Positions 12,101 through 24,370 of a stretch of DNA of 64,000 nt are shown here, piece by piece. The stretch lies in the NCBI GenBank assembly GCA_964270895.1, contig OZ185437.1. One strand, written 5' to 3'. The position numbers and the translations under genes are program-made. The notes beneath the pieces are model-generated. The model was given only the letters and a program-made list of their open reading frames with translations. It did no database searches and was not told the origin of the DNA. The DNA is from Podarcis filfolensis (taxonomy: Eukaryota). Position 1 is the stretch's first letter; every line of letters begins with the position of its first letter.

Positions 12101-12385
12101 TGGTCCTAGAACAATAGGATTCAGAATGCAGCAGTCTGATTGGTCCTAGAACAATGCAGCAATATGATTGGTTGGCAGGAACCACCCAATCATGCTCCAG
12201 ATAGAAGTGAATCCACAACCTGATTGGCTTACAGTAGAATTCCGGAATTAGCCAATCATGTGCAGCCCATTGTGTAAATAATGTATATAAAGCAGATACC
12301 TTGAGGGAACTTTCATTCATTCCTCCTCACCACTATGAGCTGAATAAAGAGCATGAAATCACTTTGCGACTCTGAGTATATTTCA
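9117..12385 (+). mobile_element. Ty3/Gypsy LTR retrotransposon, young, internally deleted (no integrase)
   Basis: TG..CA LTRs 9117-9446 and 12056-12385 (330 bp, no differences seen); TSD GTATA; PBS TGGCGACGA after 5' LTR; PPT AGAGGGGAGGGG before 3' LTR. Confidence 0.95.
9572..12073 (+). CDS. Gypsy Gag-PR-RT-partial RNase H polyprotein, truncated (833 aa)
   Basis: Zinc knuckle CRQCRKLGHIARVC, protease LDTGS, RT (RICADYK, LDLAQAYQQ, FFDD), RNase H start ACDAS; homology lost after VAYFS at about 11890. Confidence 0.92.
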   Translation: MATDSSFSPFNPASGDWEAYASRFTFLLEAKGVTDEEDAKKRAIFFSICGEETFEIARALLAPEDVATVPYKTIMEQLKGHFSPQPSVVARRNAFYAKRQAPGETITGFVTSLRQAARFCNFSELENMLRDRLVGGLKDEKLQRRLYAKKDLTFQVALEEALATEAAERSTQEAWPSQPSQPRVHHEDLTDDSGSNREEVHRVQQRTQAAYIPQLPRREAGNCASCGDSHERRTCRFRNAECRQCRKLGHIARVCRARPTQRQASDDQSKSPRSRGPTHQGNSTELTDFQVYQLPHPNVEKIYVEVQIEGAPCRMELDTGSTLSIISARTLRKLCPTGGPKLRPAPFTLRDFQKRKVPTMGVGTFRVQYRGRTRQLDLLVVKGPYISLLGLAWFGPLGLAVTGVNHTTLQVDVDAICKEFPGVFDGKLGQYTGPPIALQLDPAVRPVRLKARRVPFALKPRIDEELDRLVEQGVLEPVPNAPWETPIVTPVKPNGSVRICADYKCTINKALTAHAYPVPVVSHVLATLAGSKIFGKLDLAQAYQQLPVDEATAEAQTIVTHRGAFRVKRLQFGVSVAPGIFQNLMDSLLKGIPGVTPFFDDVLIAGPTPEEFEDRLRTVLHRFQTAGLKVKREKCLLGVPQVDFLGFMVDAEGVHPTGDKVRAICDAPAPKNKTELQAFLGLLNFYHSFLPHKAAVAEPLHRLLDKRAPWVWGQRQEAAFQAVKDLLVSNSVLAHFDERLPVVLACDASPYGIGAVLGHQLPDGREVPVAYFSQTKQAHHSQHPWNMSQNLNPGPGNTPGRNAHVGHRRTSRTMNATSRAGLELRGEGCYVLS

Positions 12386-13929
12386 GTATAGCTAAACAAA
12401 GGAATTTTCTACCACATGGTATTTGCCAGCTGAAAGCATAGCCCAGTACATAGTTCCATCTGAGGTGGGTGGCTCATGGCAGCTCCTTCCAGCTCATGCA
12501 CATCTCAGGAAAACATGGCTAACCATGATGTGCAAACTGAGCCATTTCAACAGAGCAGCACCATGCAAGACAGCATTAGACTTTGCACTTTCTCTTTTCT
12601 ATTTAGATATGAGACTTGGCTGTCAAGGCTTTCTCTTTTGCCCCCCATCAATGAAAAGGAAAAGGAAAAAGGAGTGCCTAATTTGCAAGCACTAAGCATT
12701 CCATTTCCAGTGCAATATCCTGTTTCAGTCCTAGCACAGCAGCAACATGTGTCCTTCGGCTTATCTGTATACATTATCACTGCCATAATGCATCATGGCC
12801 TGGTTACAGAATCACCCCGTGTAAAATACGCAGTTTTAAAAGCAGGCATAATTGCATAATGCTGTTCAGTCCGGAAGAATAAATGCAGGAAATAAAGTCA
12901 CCTCCATCTGATAATGTAAGCTGCATAAACTCTGCAGTATTCAGATCAAGCACAGCGGTTGCCCAAAACAAAAAGGGAAATAAAACACTTTGCAGGATTT
13001 CTGTTGTCAAAAAGGTTTAATTTTAAACAAAGTAAAGCAGAAAAAAAAATAAATTTAAGGGTAAAAGCTGTCAGTAAACAGCCTTTTATAAAACAACCAT
13101 CACTAGGGTGTCCATGTACTCTACTTTACAGAGTTCTCTGTTTAAAGGTATTCTCTATCCAAAGAGCTGTCCATCATGTAGCGAGAGCAGAGGCCTTCAC
13201 CTTGCCCATCCAGTTAGCGCCTGGACAGCAGAGTAAGAAGGCACTCAGGCCATCCAGCCACAGTTGTCGTCACCATAGTGAGATGTACTGTATTTTTATT
13301 TAAATCATAGCAATTATTTCTAAATTTCCATCCAGACATATAAATTAGCATATGAAATTTGTATGTGAATCTGTGTGTTCTTTTTTTCGTTTTTTTTGCA
13401 GTACATAAGAGGCTACTTTAGGCTGTACCTACTCTAGCCGAGACTGCGCCACCACTTCAAGAAAAGTGTCCAGAGTGCTATATTTATCTTGTGGGGTTTT
13501 ACTTGTTTAGAGGGGAACACATGAACTCATTTCGATGTCATTCTTATTTTGACAGTAGCACCTGATGGCTCGCACCTGATAGCTTCAGGCTCTCATTGTC
13601 TTTTGAAAAGAAATGGTAGAATACAACTCCTATGTCCAAGACATTTAGAGTTTACTATGGGAGCGGAACTAGGCCTTTTAAGTGGGGTTTTCTTGTATTT
13701 TGGCTTAAGCATGCCACAGTAAACCAAAGTTGAACCATTTCTCCGTTTTCATGTTGCAAAAACAAAAACCGAGGTCCTTATGAAGCAAAACAGTAACGAT
13801 TTAGCATATGCACCACAGTTCAGAGCTTATATAAGCCACCTTTAGAAACATGTGAAAGTAGTGATGGTACAAGCATTTGTTGGTGCCTGGCTCACGGAGT
13901 GTGGAAAACCCAAGACCAAGCTGAGTAGA

Positions 13930-13998
13930 AGAATTGCAGGGGGTTGGATGAGGTGACCTGCAGGGTCCCTTCCAACTCTACAATTCTATGATTCTAAG
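13930..13998 (+). mobile_element. CR1/SINE 3' tail fragment
   Basis: GCAGGGGGTTGGATGAGGTGACC...TTCCAACTCTACAATTCTATGATTCTA. Confidence 0.75.
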
Positions 13999-14219
13999 CC
14001 CCACAACATCCAAACCGCATGCCTTCACAATACCCCCTAAGGCATCCATAGCACCTTCTGTGCCAACACACACTCTGATTCCTCCCTTCCCTGCTCCTGA
14101 AATGGAGAATAAATGGTCGGAGCAGAGATGAGAAGCAATGGGGAGTTATCCGCCTCCTTCCTCTCTTCCAGCAACCTCACACCACCAGCATCAGAAACAC
14201 TGGACCTAGTAGATTCTAG

Positions 14220-15250
14220 CAGGACAATTCATTTAAGATCTCCAGGCAGTCTTGGCTCTGAAACTGCCCTGATTTCCCTGGTGGATGACCTTTGCCAGGA
14301 TTTAGAGAGGGAGAGTGTGACCTTGCAGTTCATCTTTCCGTGACTTTCGATACCACCAACTATGGTATAATTTCTGTTGCCTTAAGAGATGGCATTATAG
14401 GGCACTATTCTTCAGTACTTCCTCACATTCCTGGAAGATCAGTCCCAGCAGGCAGCTGGATGCTCAAAGGCATTTCTATTTCATGCCTTTGAGCATCTAC
14501 ATGAAACTGCTGGGAAATGTTATTCAGGGTCGGGTTGAAATGCTGACAACAGAGAGCTTTCCTTCTCGTTTCCACCATCTGATCCTAGGAAGGCAGTGGG
14601 AGTCTGGTGTCTGGTGGGAAATCTGTGTCTGGTGTTCCTCCAGGAGTGGCTTGCAGGAGCAGGGTGCAAAATCTAGCTAAGATGGAAGCGCAGTTCCTCA
14701 GGGTTGGGGCAAGAGTGAATGCAGCCTGGAGGAAGAAGTTTGTGGGTACCTTCCTTGGATGCCTAAATGGTAGGGATCCTTTTCACCAGCCTTCAGCTGT
14801 TTCACCTGCTGGGCCTTCTCTGGAGAAGATGCTGCTGAAGATGTCTACCTCCAGGGTGATTTACTTCGGTGCTGTGGGGCTGCTTTTGAAAAGAGGCTAG
14901 AAATTTTAATTGGTGCAAAGTGCACCTATTTTTCAGGACCACGCAGAAAGTTTTTTTGTTTTCCCAAGTCTTTTAACACCTCTTCATGTCTTTTAACATT
15001 ATTGATTTTACTTAGTCTCTGAAGGATAATGGCAATTTGGCCTTACTTTTTTCACTTCTGTAGCTGGGCTCAATTTTGCTGGATTGGTTGCCGGGCTTTT
15101 AATTTGTGTCTACCTATGTTGGATTTTATTGCTGGATTTTATCTACTACAGGGTTGGTTTGAATTATTGATGGATTTACTGAGTTCTTCATTATGGTTGT
15201 TTTCAATTTTGTGTCTTATTTTATTGTGCATGTTATGTGGAAAATATTTT
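14220..15250 (+). mobile_element. L2 LINE RT region and 3' end, decayed
   Basis: ETALISLVDDLCQDLERESVTL resembles L2 RT; AT-rich 3' end. Confidence 0.7.
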
Positions 15251-15343
15251 TGATGCTCAGAAAATGTGTCCATATGAACATGGATCTCTGTTCCACCTGT
15301 ACTGGCTACCTATTTCTTCCCAGACTCAATTTAAAGGCCTGGT

Positions 15344-15709
15344 AAAGGTAAAGGTAAAGGGACCCCTGACCATTAGGTCCAGTCGTGACCAACTCTCGCT
15401 TGCGGCGAGATTGCGGCGCTCATCTTGCTTTATTGGCCGAGGGAGCCGGCGTACAGCTTCCAGGTCATGTGGCCAGCATGACTAAGCCGCTTCTGGCGAA
15501 CCAGAGCAGCGCACCGAAACGCCGTTTACCTTCCCACCAGAGAGGTACCTATTTATCTACTTGCACATGACATGCTTTTGAACTGCTAGGTTGGCAGGAG
15601 CAGGGACCGAGCAACGGGAGCTAACCACGTCATGGGGATTTGAACCGCCGACCTTCTGATTGGCAAGTCCTAGGCTCTGTGGTTTAACCCACAGCGCCAC
15701 CCGCACCCC
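15344..15709 (-). mobile_element. Sauria SINE, full length
   Basis: (ACCTTT)n tail and GGTGGCGCTGTGGGTTAAACCACAGAGCC head on minus strand; TSD AAAGGCCTGGT. Confidence 0.92.
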
Positions 15710-15929
15710 AAAGGCCTGGTGCTGACCTTTAAAACAGATTAGGACTAGGTTACCTCAGAAGCCAAGAAGCCACCTGTTGCCATAGTAATTACTTAGCCTT
15801 GAGATCAGTGCCAGAAGACCTGCTTTTTGCTCTGTCAATATGAAGAAAGGGTATAAGAAACATGTCTTCTTTTTGGCAACTACCTGCTTCTACAATTTTC
15901 AATGACTGCTGCTAACTTTTTAATAGCAG

Positions 15930-16690
15930 ACCCAGTCACGGGGAAGCTCTATGACGCATCTGCCCACACCTGGCTTCTGGACAGAGTCTTCCCACTGGAC
16001 TCCTCTAGCGGGGTACCCTGTAGTCACACCTTTGGGTGTAGGGGCGTTGCACCTCTTCACTCCACCCCAACATTCAGCTAAGGATTCCACCCAGTGCCTT
16101 ATCCACCAAAAGGTGTGCCAGTTTGTTATGAGGAAGGCAAAAACTCCAAAAAGGGCTAAATTGTTTGCAGGAAAATTCCCTTCCGGCTCCAGCAACGTGT
16201 TGTGGGATTAAAACTGGCCACACTGGGCGTTTATCCCTCCCAGTCCCCAGCCGGGGATCTGGGGAACATCAGGGTTATCCAAAGTGTGTGAGGATTCGGC
16301 TGACTCTAGAGAACGTCTGTTCAGGCAGAGAGCACGCCCCCACCATTTTGCGCATCGAAGGGGAGAGCACTGACAACCCATTGGTGTATGGCCAGTGCCT
16401 CCCCTCAAAATAACCACTTTAACAGGGGACCCTGGGATCACCGTCACAGGGGGGCTTCACGCCCCCCCATTGAGGGAAGATAGACTAAACGAGCCGATGG
16501 AGGACCAACAGGTAAGTTACACCCTCTATTGTGAGTGTGGGCGGTCCTAACTCTACCTGGCCAAATCCCTTGGTAACGCCCCCCCCCAGCCGGGATTGGC
16601 TGATTGATGAGGCTAGGCAGGAACCTCCAGGTATCCAGCTCAGAGGGGTGGCAAATCTAGACCTTGCCAGGGGGGAGCTGTGCACGACCA
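15930..16690 (-). mobile_element. LTR/DIRS-Ngaro-like repeat, copy 1 (B-A block order)
   Basis: Reverse complement aligns by eye to the blocks at 19200-19330 and 19325-19610, in swapped order. Confidence 0.55.
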
Positions 16691-16763
16691 CGAAAAAACC
16701 ACCCCCCAGTTTATGCAAGGAGCGGTCATTCCGGCTCCAGATATGGCAACCAGAATGAACCAT

Positions 16764-16865
16764 GTTGTTGTTGTTAAGTCGTGTCCGACTCTTTGTGACC
16801 CCAGCCAGGCACTCCTGTCTTCCACTGCCTCCCGCAGTTTGGTCAAACTCAATGACCAGCCTCAA
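16764..16865 (-). mobile_element. Bov-B 3' tail fragment
   Basis: GTTGTTGTTAAGTCGTGTCCGACTCTTTGTGACCCC...TTTGGTCAAACTCA. Confidence 0.8.
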
Positions 16866-17135
16866 TGAACCATAGCAAGATCAATTGGGTGGTGCAAGGA
16901 AGGAAAAGGATAGCATACAATTAAACACAGCAGGCATTCTATTGCCATGAATGAAAACACAAAGCACAGCATAACGGGAGGGCAGGGGGGGTGCTCTTCA
17001 AGCAACTGTGGCCCCACCACTGGCGGCACCGGCCTAAATAGCTGCCTCCTGATTGGTGGATAGGCTTGGCGGGCTTTCCTACCCTCTGTTGCATCCGGCC
17101 ATGGGAAATCCCCAGAGGCCAACCACAAAATGGCA

Positions 17136-17251
17136 ACATGACCCGGAAGCTATATGCTGGCTCCCTCGGCCAGTAAAGCGAGATGAGCACCGCAACCCCA
17201 GAGTCGGTCATGACTGGACCTAATGGTCAGGGGTCCCTTTACCTTTACCTA
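17136..17251 (+). mobile_element. Sauria SINE 3' fragment
   Basis: CATGACCCGGAAGC...GGTCAGGGGTCCCTTTACCTTTACCT. Confidence 0.88.
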
Positions 17252-18999
17252 TGTGATCAACCTACTACCTGATATATAACTGGAAATGGGTTTATCCCAT
17301 GTCAGAGGAGGAGATAAAGTCATAAAAATAGGTGCTCTCCATTTATTCAGTTCAGTTTGAAGAACTTAAATTCTACACCCTCTTTGGCTAAAATCACCAC
17401 TAATGATCTCTGACATTTGAAATTTAACTAATCAGGGCTAACAGCTCCAGCACCAAAACCACCCAGAGGTCAACTAGAAATATTTTGCCTAGCAGTAAGA
17501 GCAGCTGACAAAATTAAAACAGCAGCCGCAGGTGACTTTGTTGGGGAAACTCATATGGCCCCCTCTCTATTGTCTTTTTAGGTTTCCATTAAGTGATATT
17601 TTGGTTGCAATGGTCAGGCAATACCTGCGAGGCCAGAGGTGGGTGGTACCAGGTGAACCTCCCCCTTTATACTTTGAACACCTAAGGTGCTGGATAAATG
17701 CAAATAATAATAATAATTTGGAGTTTATGTACATCAATCCATGATGTCTTATCAATTATCTGACGGCAGCAAATTAAAAAGGAATAATATAGCTATCAGC
17801 GCCTTGTACACAGTTCCCCATTTTTGCCCAAGGCTTAGCATATGGCAACCTTTGCTGACATGCCTGCCTGAACTTTATGCCCAAACTCCCAATGATTGTC
17901 AGCAGAAAAACAATGGCTAAAGCTTTCCATATCACAGGGGGCAGAGGGAGTTTTATGTTAAATCTGCTTGACACAGCTTTAATTCACTTCAGAGTTGCCA
18001 TTATTTTGTTTATTAATTTATATATTAAGGTCTTTCCATGCTGCTCCATAACCAAAGGTCTCTGGGCAGCATACATTTAAAAAATGGTTAAAATACAACA
18101 ACTTGGATCCTAGCTTTCCTTCTGTTTCCCATCTTCCCTTGCAAAGAAGGGCAAGAAAATTCATCCTGATTCTGAGCATACTGAGCTAAAATGTTTTCAA
18201 AGTTACAGGACTAAAAGCACTTGCAACATTATTCAAAATCCCTCTCTCATACGACTGCTACAACCAGAACCCCCTGTATCTGCCCCAAGCCTAACCTGGT
18301 GAAACAGAGAGAAAGCGCTGGCAATTTTGCTTATCCTTCCCTTACAAGTCAGAGCTACTTTCACCATTTATTTATTTATTTCCCGACTTCCTTTTTAAAA
18401 GCAAGATCCCTTTTCTCATTTAATCTGACAAAGATTGTCCTCTTAGAATGACCTTTCTCCCCACCCCCTCTCTTTCCCCTTCCCCTACCCCAGGCTATTG
18501 CCCTCATGGCAGTAACTAGATAACACACTCTATCAGAGTTAAAAAAAAATAAAAATCATTGGAAAGGCACTAGAGCTGATAGTGGCATCAATCCTAACCT
18601 GACACGGGCCAGGGTCAACCATTTATCTCTTCGCATTGCCTGTGGTAACAGTGGCAGCCATGTTGGCTCTCTCTTCGCAGCTTAACAACCTTGCAGAAGG
18701 CACATTTGTTCGTAAAGATAACATCTGCACTTAAACTTGGACTTTCAGTTGTTGCTGCTGCTGCACACTGATCACACAGGACTTACTGTTCTCCTGGGGT
18801 GGGAGGTCATTTAATATAATTTTGAAAGACGGCTGTCCAGATATTGAGAAGAATGAGGCGATATGAAGCAGCATAGGTTCAGAGAAGCCTACAAAATATC
18901 ACTGACAAACATCAGTGTAAGTATGAAGACCAGAGGGTCGGCTGCTTCCAACTTCAGAAGTACTGCTGGGGGACAAGGTGTCAGAGAATAAACTTGTCT

Positions 19000-19680
19000 T
19001 TTTCCATGCATCACCAAGTAGCCAGAGCGATTTAAATGAGGCGCCATCTATGAAGGACGTCGCTCCTGAAAAGGGAGGATCAAAAATGGATTTTGAATTG
19101 CTTACAATGGGGGCAGGGGTTACAAAAGGGACATAGAAGTTGCAGGTTAACTTTTCTTCACAGGTATGCGGGCGCTGCTACGTTAAGGTCGCTGTTAAAG
19201 GGCCGGAAAGGAATTTCCCTGCATTGGCAGGTTTCGCCTTTCCCGTAGCAAAACGTCACAACTTTGGCGGTATCAGGCCTTGGGCGGAATCCTTTTGTCC
19301 ATCTTCCTCTTTGCGGCGGCGATACCAGGGTTCCCCGTTAAAGGGGTTTTCTGAAGGGAGGCTTTGACCGTACGCCGAAAGGTCGTCATTGCTCTCCCCT
19401 GCGGCGGCGGCGTTACGGGGGCGGCTATCTCTGCTTGAACATATGTTCTCCAGAGCCGGCCCATCCCCCCCCCACACACACTGGATAACCCTGATGCTCC
19501 CTAGGTCCCCGGCTGGGGACTGGGGAGGGAGAACGCCCAATGCCTGAGCCAAGGTCTACCCACATTTGAAATTTAATAAAGTTGTGGCCAATTTAATCCC
19601 ATAGCACGTTGTCTTGAGTTGTTATTCCACATGACGGGGGGACCGCGCGGGATCTGGGGACTCCGCCTGTCCACGCAAAC
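19000..19680 (+). mobile_element. LTR/DIRS-Ngaro-like repeat, copy 2
   Basis: CpG-rich; ends near AATAAAGTTGTGGCC; shares blocks with copies at 16k, 21k and 49k; boundaries approximate. Confidence 0.6.
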
Positions 19681-20499
19681 AGTCAAGAGTAAATACGTGC
19701 ATAGAAGGAGATGTCAGCAACAACCAGCACAGCTACTGTCTGGGCTGACTGATCTTACGAGACACGGTAAAGCAGTGGTCCATTCGAGGGGTAGAGCGTG
19801 TGGGCGGAGCAAAAAAAGAAAATACAAACTTTGTCCATTACCCTTCCCACATTTAATGGATATTTATTGGACTAAATAAGAAGCATAAGCAGGATGAACA
19901 TCATTCTTTAGGTTTGGTTTTAAGATTTTCAGAATTGAAAGTGGCACCAGATGCACCCATATCCGCCCCCCATGTTTTTCTTATTTAGAGAATGTGGTTC
20001 TGAGCATGGTTTGCTTTCTTTTTTTGCTTCTGCACTGCTCCACATTTTTTATTTAAAACTTTCCCCGTCAACAGAGACCCCTAAAGCAGCTCACAGTGCA
20101 AACACCTAGAACAGAGCACACATCAACAGGAAAGATGGGTCAAGCTTCATTCAGAGTAATGAGACCCACAGCAAGTAGACAAAAATATCTGGAGGAAGGA
20201 GGAATCCAGTTTCCCACTGAAAAGGGGGGCACCAATACTCTGGCCACAACCACCGCTGAAGTTCAGTTATTTCCACAGCTGCACAGCCACCAGTGAAGTT
20301 CAGTCATAAAAGTGGTTGTTTAATTAAATACTTAACACCTTTTTCTCTTTTGTGGGGAGAGCAAACTAACCACACAATTCAAACCAAAGATCTGCTGAGA
20401 TGAGAGCGTTTGGATTAAGTCAAACTTGGGCCTTCCCAATTGAGACAGATACACAACAGCATAAGACTCTCAACCCCAGCTTAGCCAGGTGTTAAGTCT

Positions 20500-21330
20500 C
20501 AAAAAAGGGTGATTCTGGGGGCATGGGAGAAGCAGAAATCGTGTCCTCCTCCCAGAGAGAATGCGTTGCGGTGAGATCAACAAGACTGACCTTGCTGCTG
20601 TTGTGGGTGGGAGCAACTGGATAGCCACAACAACCTGATTGGTGGTCCCTCAGTTGCTGGTGTAATTCTGGCCAATGGGATCGTTTCATGCATTAACTGA
20701 GGGACCTATATACCACTGCACATTGTATTGAGCTTCCTCTTTTCGCCTTGTGCATCAGATCATCCACCCACCCTCCCTATATTTAGGGTTCATTATGACA
20801 TTGCTATGCCATCGTGGGTCATCTGTTCTTGGGACAGGGGCCCAGTAGGAATTTTCCCATTTGGCTGATTGGCTGGTGCCATTGGGTTTTGCCTATCGTG
20901 TAGCAAATTGTCACAACTTTGTAAGGTTTGGCGGTTAGGCATTGGTTCAATGTGGAGTGGAGGGGAGGTTGTCACACCTGCCCCTCCAATGCGCGAAAGG
21001 GTATTCCATTAAAGGAATCCAGGGGCTCACCTTGCTTTTGTCTGAGCCCCTTCCAGGGGTTAGGGCCACGCCAGAGCCCCTGGGAGCATTTGGGGTGAGC
21101 TTGAATCTGAGCCTGGTCCAACGCTCCCCCACGATGTTTACCTGTACTGACCTCTGCCGGTGTCCAGTCGTCAGTGCTGCCCTGCCAAGGTCAGGTGCAG
21201 CTAGTCGGGAACCAATGCCTAAGCAAACCACTCACGATCTGTAATCAATAAAGTTGTGGCCAAAATTATGCCAATAACCTTAAACTAAATTCTGTGTCAA
21301 TTGTGTCTTTATTTATTGGGGGAGGACTAG
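20500..21330 (+). mobile_element. LTR/DIRS-Ngaro-like repeat, copy 3
   Basis: CCAAT/TATA-like 5' part; TCACAACTTT..GGTTTGGCGGTTAGGCATTGG; AATAAAGTTGTGGCC; boundaries approximate. Confidence 0.6.
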
Positions 21331-22440
21331 GGATCTTAACACACAACAGGGCAAAGAGAGACTTGCACCCATGGCCAATTTAGCTCACAAAAAGGGTGGT
21401 GTAAGACAAATGCCTCCTGAACAGAATATGGAATATGCCCACTTTCAATAGTTAGGGTTGCTCTGTTAGGCAGAAGTACACTCAGTACAGCACCATGAAC
21501 TGGAATGGTTAGAGTTATCAGCCTGCGTGTTCCATAATGGTAATCTCTCAAGAGACTGCATTGCCACATATCCAATTCTCCACCAGCTCGGTTTTCCTGC
21601 CTTTGGCTTCACATACATGGCATCTGCCCTAAAAGATGTATTCATACCACCTATGGTGCCAGGGGAGTAAGGAAAATCTGTACAAGGGAAACATTGTTAA
21701 AACAGCATGCTTGCATGATGATTAGGTCTGGTCTAGTGATCTGGAATAATAATCTGCAGGCTCACTAAGCATAATAGGTTCAAAGACATCCAAGCTTGGT
21801 CAAAACCTCCCATAAGCCCAGAGAGAACATCAGCATCTCGTATTGAGATGTTTACCCCATCAGCATGTTTACCCCATCAGTGTCTCGGTGGTTGACATTT
21901 CATTAGATATCAGAGGTATAAGTGGACAGGTTATTCCTCTGGGCTTCCCCAGCCCTGTATTCAGAGTAGCATTTAGCCATGAGCTAATAAGCCACCAGCA
22001 TCTTCGTTTCTAAAAAGGTTGAACTGCATTATTTGCAGAAGCAGACTCCCCAGGTTAATCACAGGCTAAGTTGCACATGCAGTGGATTCAAAAAGGAATA
22101 CTAAGAGGTTCTGTCCTACACAAATGAATTCATTCGTGCATGATCATCATCACCACATAGCCTAATAGTAGACTTAGATGCTCAAGGCACTGCACATGGT
22201 TGTCTATATTAACTTCACCATGGTAGATGGAGCTGAAAAATAGTGACTGTATGGCAGCTACGTACAGGGCCAGCCCACCCATGAGGCAAGAAGTGGTGAC
22301 TGCCTCAGGAGGCAGGAGCTGCAGATTCAGCTTCCAAGGAATGCCTTGCCCACTGCTGCTGCCACAGCCACCTCTACAGTGGCCTCTTACTGAACTGGAG
22401 GCGCTGCTAGTCTCCTCCCACCCTGGTTGTTGGTGTAGAT

Positions 22441-22779
22441 CAGGGGTCGGCAAGGTTTACCAGTCACGGGCTGGATCATTCCCACGGAGAACATCCGTGG
22501 GCCGGAGTGGCGCAGCGCAATGCTGGAAATCGCATCTGTACATGTCTGCGGCACCGGAAATCGCTTCTGCGCATGCCCAGATGCCAGAAATCACACCTGT
22601 GCAGAAGCAATTTTCAGTGTCTGGACATGTGCAGATGCAATTTCCGGCACCACTCTGAGTCCGTACTCCGCTGGTTTAGTGCAGCGCGTGGGGGACTCAC
22701 CAAGTGGGCAGCTCGGGGGCCGGTAAAATGGTCTTTGTGGGCCACATCCAGCCCACGGGTTGAACGTTGCCAACCCCTG
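22441..22779. mobile_element. hAT (Charlie-type) MITE related to 4756-5025
   Basis: CAGGGGTCGGCAAGGTTTAC ... TTGCCAACCCCTG; TSD GTGTAGAT. Confidence 0.88.
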
Positions 22780-23494
22780 GTGTAGATCTTTATTTCCCCC
22801 TTTGTTCCCGATGTAGATCTTCACTCACCCCTTCTTCCCTGGCAGGAAGAGAGGGCCGTTTTGTTTTTCACCTCAGGTGCCAAAATGTCTTGGGCCGGCC
22901 CTGGCTCCAAAATGGAGCAAGTGATATACGAGAGGGAGGTGTCAGCATGCTCAAGGGAACACTAGGAATAGAAGTAGAAAAACGTGCTCAGTGGCCACAG
23001 CCTGTCTGTTGGGGTGGGAAAGGAATATTCTGAACGGTGGCACAGTTGATGAACACACTGACAGGAGCATGGCAACATTTTGTTGCAGGTCACACTCGTC
23101 AGCATATATTTCCAGCACTCTAAACAAGCTTGTGGAGAAGGGGCAAAAGCCTTGTTCCTAATGAAATTCTCTTTTTAACCTGCAATCGTAAAGTTATGCA
23201 CATGCACATGCTAAGACATATTAGATCAAGGCTTTAATGTAATTCTGGCTCCACTCCTCAAAAAGAGCAGTGTATGTCTCTGTAGATAAGACAGCAGAGC
23301 TTCTTTAGTCGGCCTGTGGGTGACTGGGACAAACCCTTCACAGATCTCTCAAAGCCATCAACTGCCATCTGGTTCCTCCACTCCATGTTTCTGGCTTGAA
23401 AAAAAGCAGCAGAATTCCTAATGATGCAATCTGGTTTTTTGCATAATTTTTGGAGGAATTTTCAGTCAAAAAGGTGGGGTGAATATATCCTGGA

Positions 23495-23620
23495 TCACAG
23501 AATTGTGGAGTTGGAAGGGACCCTGAGGGTCATCTAGTCCAACCCCAATCTAGTGCAATGCAGGGATCTCAACTAAAGCATCCATGACAGGTGGCCATCC
23601 GACCTCTGCTTAAAAACTGC
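23495..23620 (-). mobile_element. CR1 3' end fragment
   Basis: AGAATTGTGGAGTTGGAAGGGACCCTGAGGGTCATCTAGTCCAACCCC. Confidence 0.8.
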
Positions 23621-24024
23621 AGGTCTGAATGACTGTGACGTGCAGAAGATAGGGCTGCCTAAGTGCAGAATGCTGTAGTTAGGCTGCTGATGGAAAGAGA
23701 CCACTATCAGCACATGAGACTGGTGTTAAAAGACTTCCTGTCTGCTGCTGAGCCAGATTTAAGGATCAAGGTTCAGGTGCTGTTTATTTTTATAAAAAAA
23801 ATTAAAAAATTATTTATTTGGTTTTTCAGATCTTTTATATCTCCATTATATCCAAAATTCACTATTAAACTACAAGTGATATTCGAATCCTACTAATGAT
23901 TTTAACTGTTTACAATTGTCTTTAAGATAAGTTATAAATTTCCCCCATTCTTTATTAAAATTTTGGTCTTCCTGATTTCTGATTCTTCCGGTCATTTTAG
24001 CCATTTCGGCATCATCCATCAAGT

Positions 24025-24370
24025 GCTGTTTATTTAATTTATATTCAGCCTTTCCTCCCAAAGGATCCCAGGGCAGCAAACATATCCGCAGCAAAAAAAT
24101 AAAACAAAAAACATTTAAAATGTATAAAAGCACTTTCCCATCCAGCTGTTTCAGAGCTCCCAGAAACAGTGCCCTCCAGCCATCAGATGCCTGGGTAAAC
24201 AGGAATATTTTCCAATTCCTGCTAAAAGTCAATCATGAAAGAGACAGAAGCACCTCACTGGGGGAGGGTAGTATTCCACAAATGGGGAACCACCACTGAA
24301 TAGGCCCTGTCATGGGTCAACAGCAACCAGGCAGCTCCCAGTGGCAGGACCATCAACAACAAGGCCTGCC
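24025..24370 (-). mobile_element. L2 3' end fragment
   Basis: TTTATTTAATTTATATTCAGCCTTTCC ... TTCCACAAATGGGGAACCACCACTGA. Confidence 0.6.
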
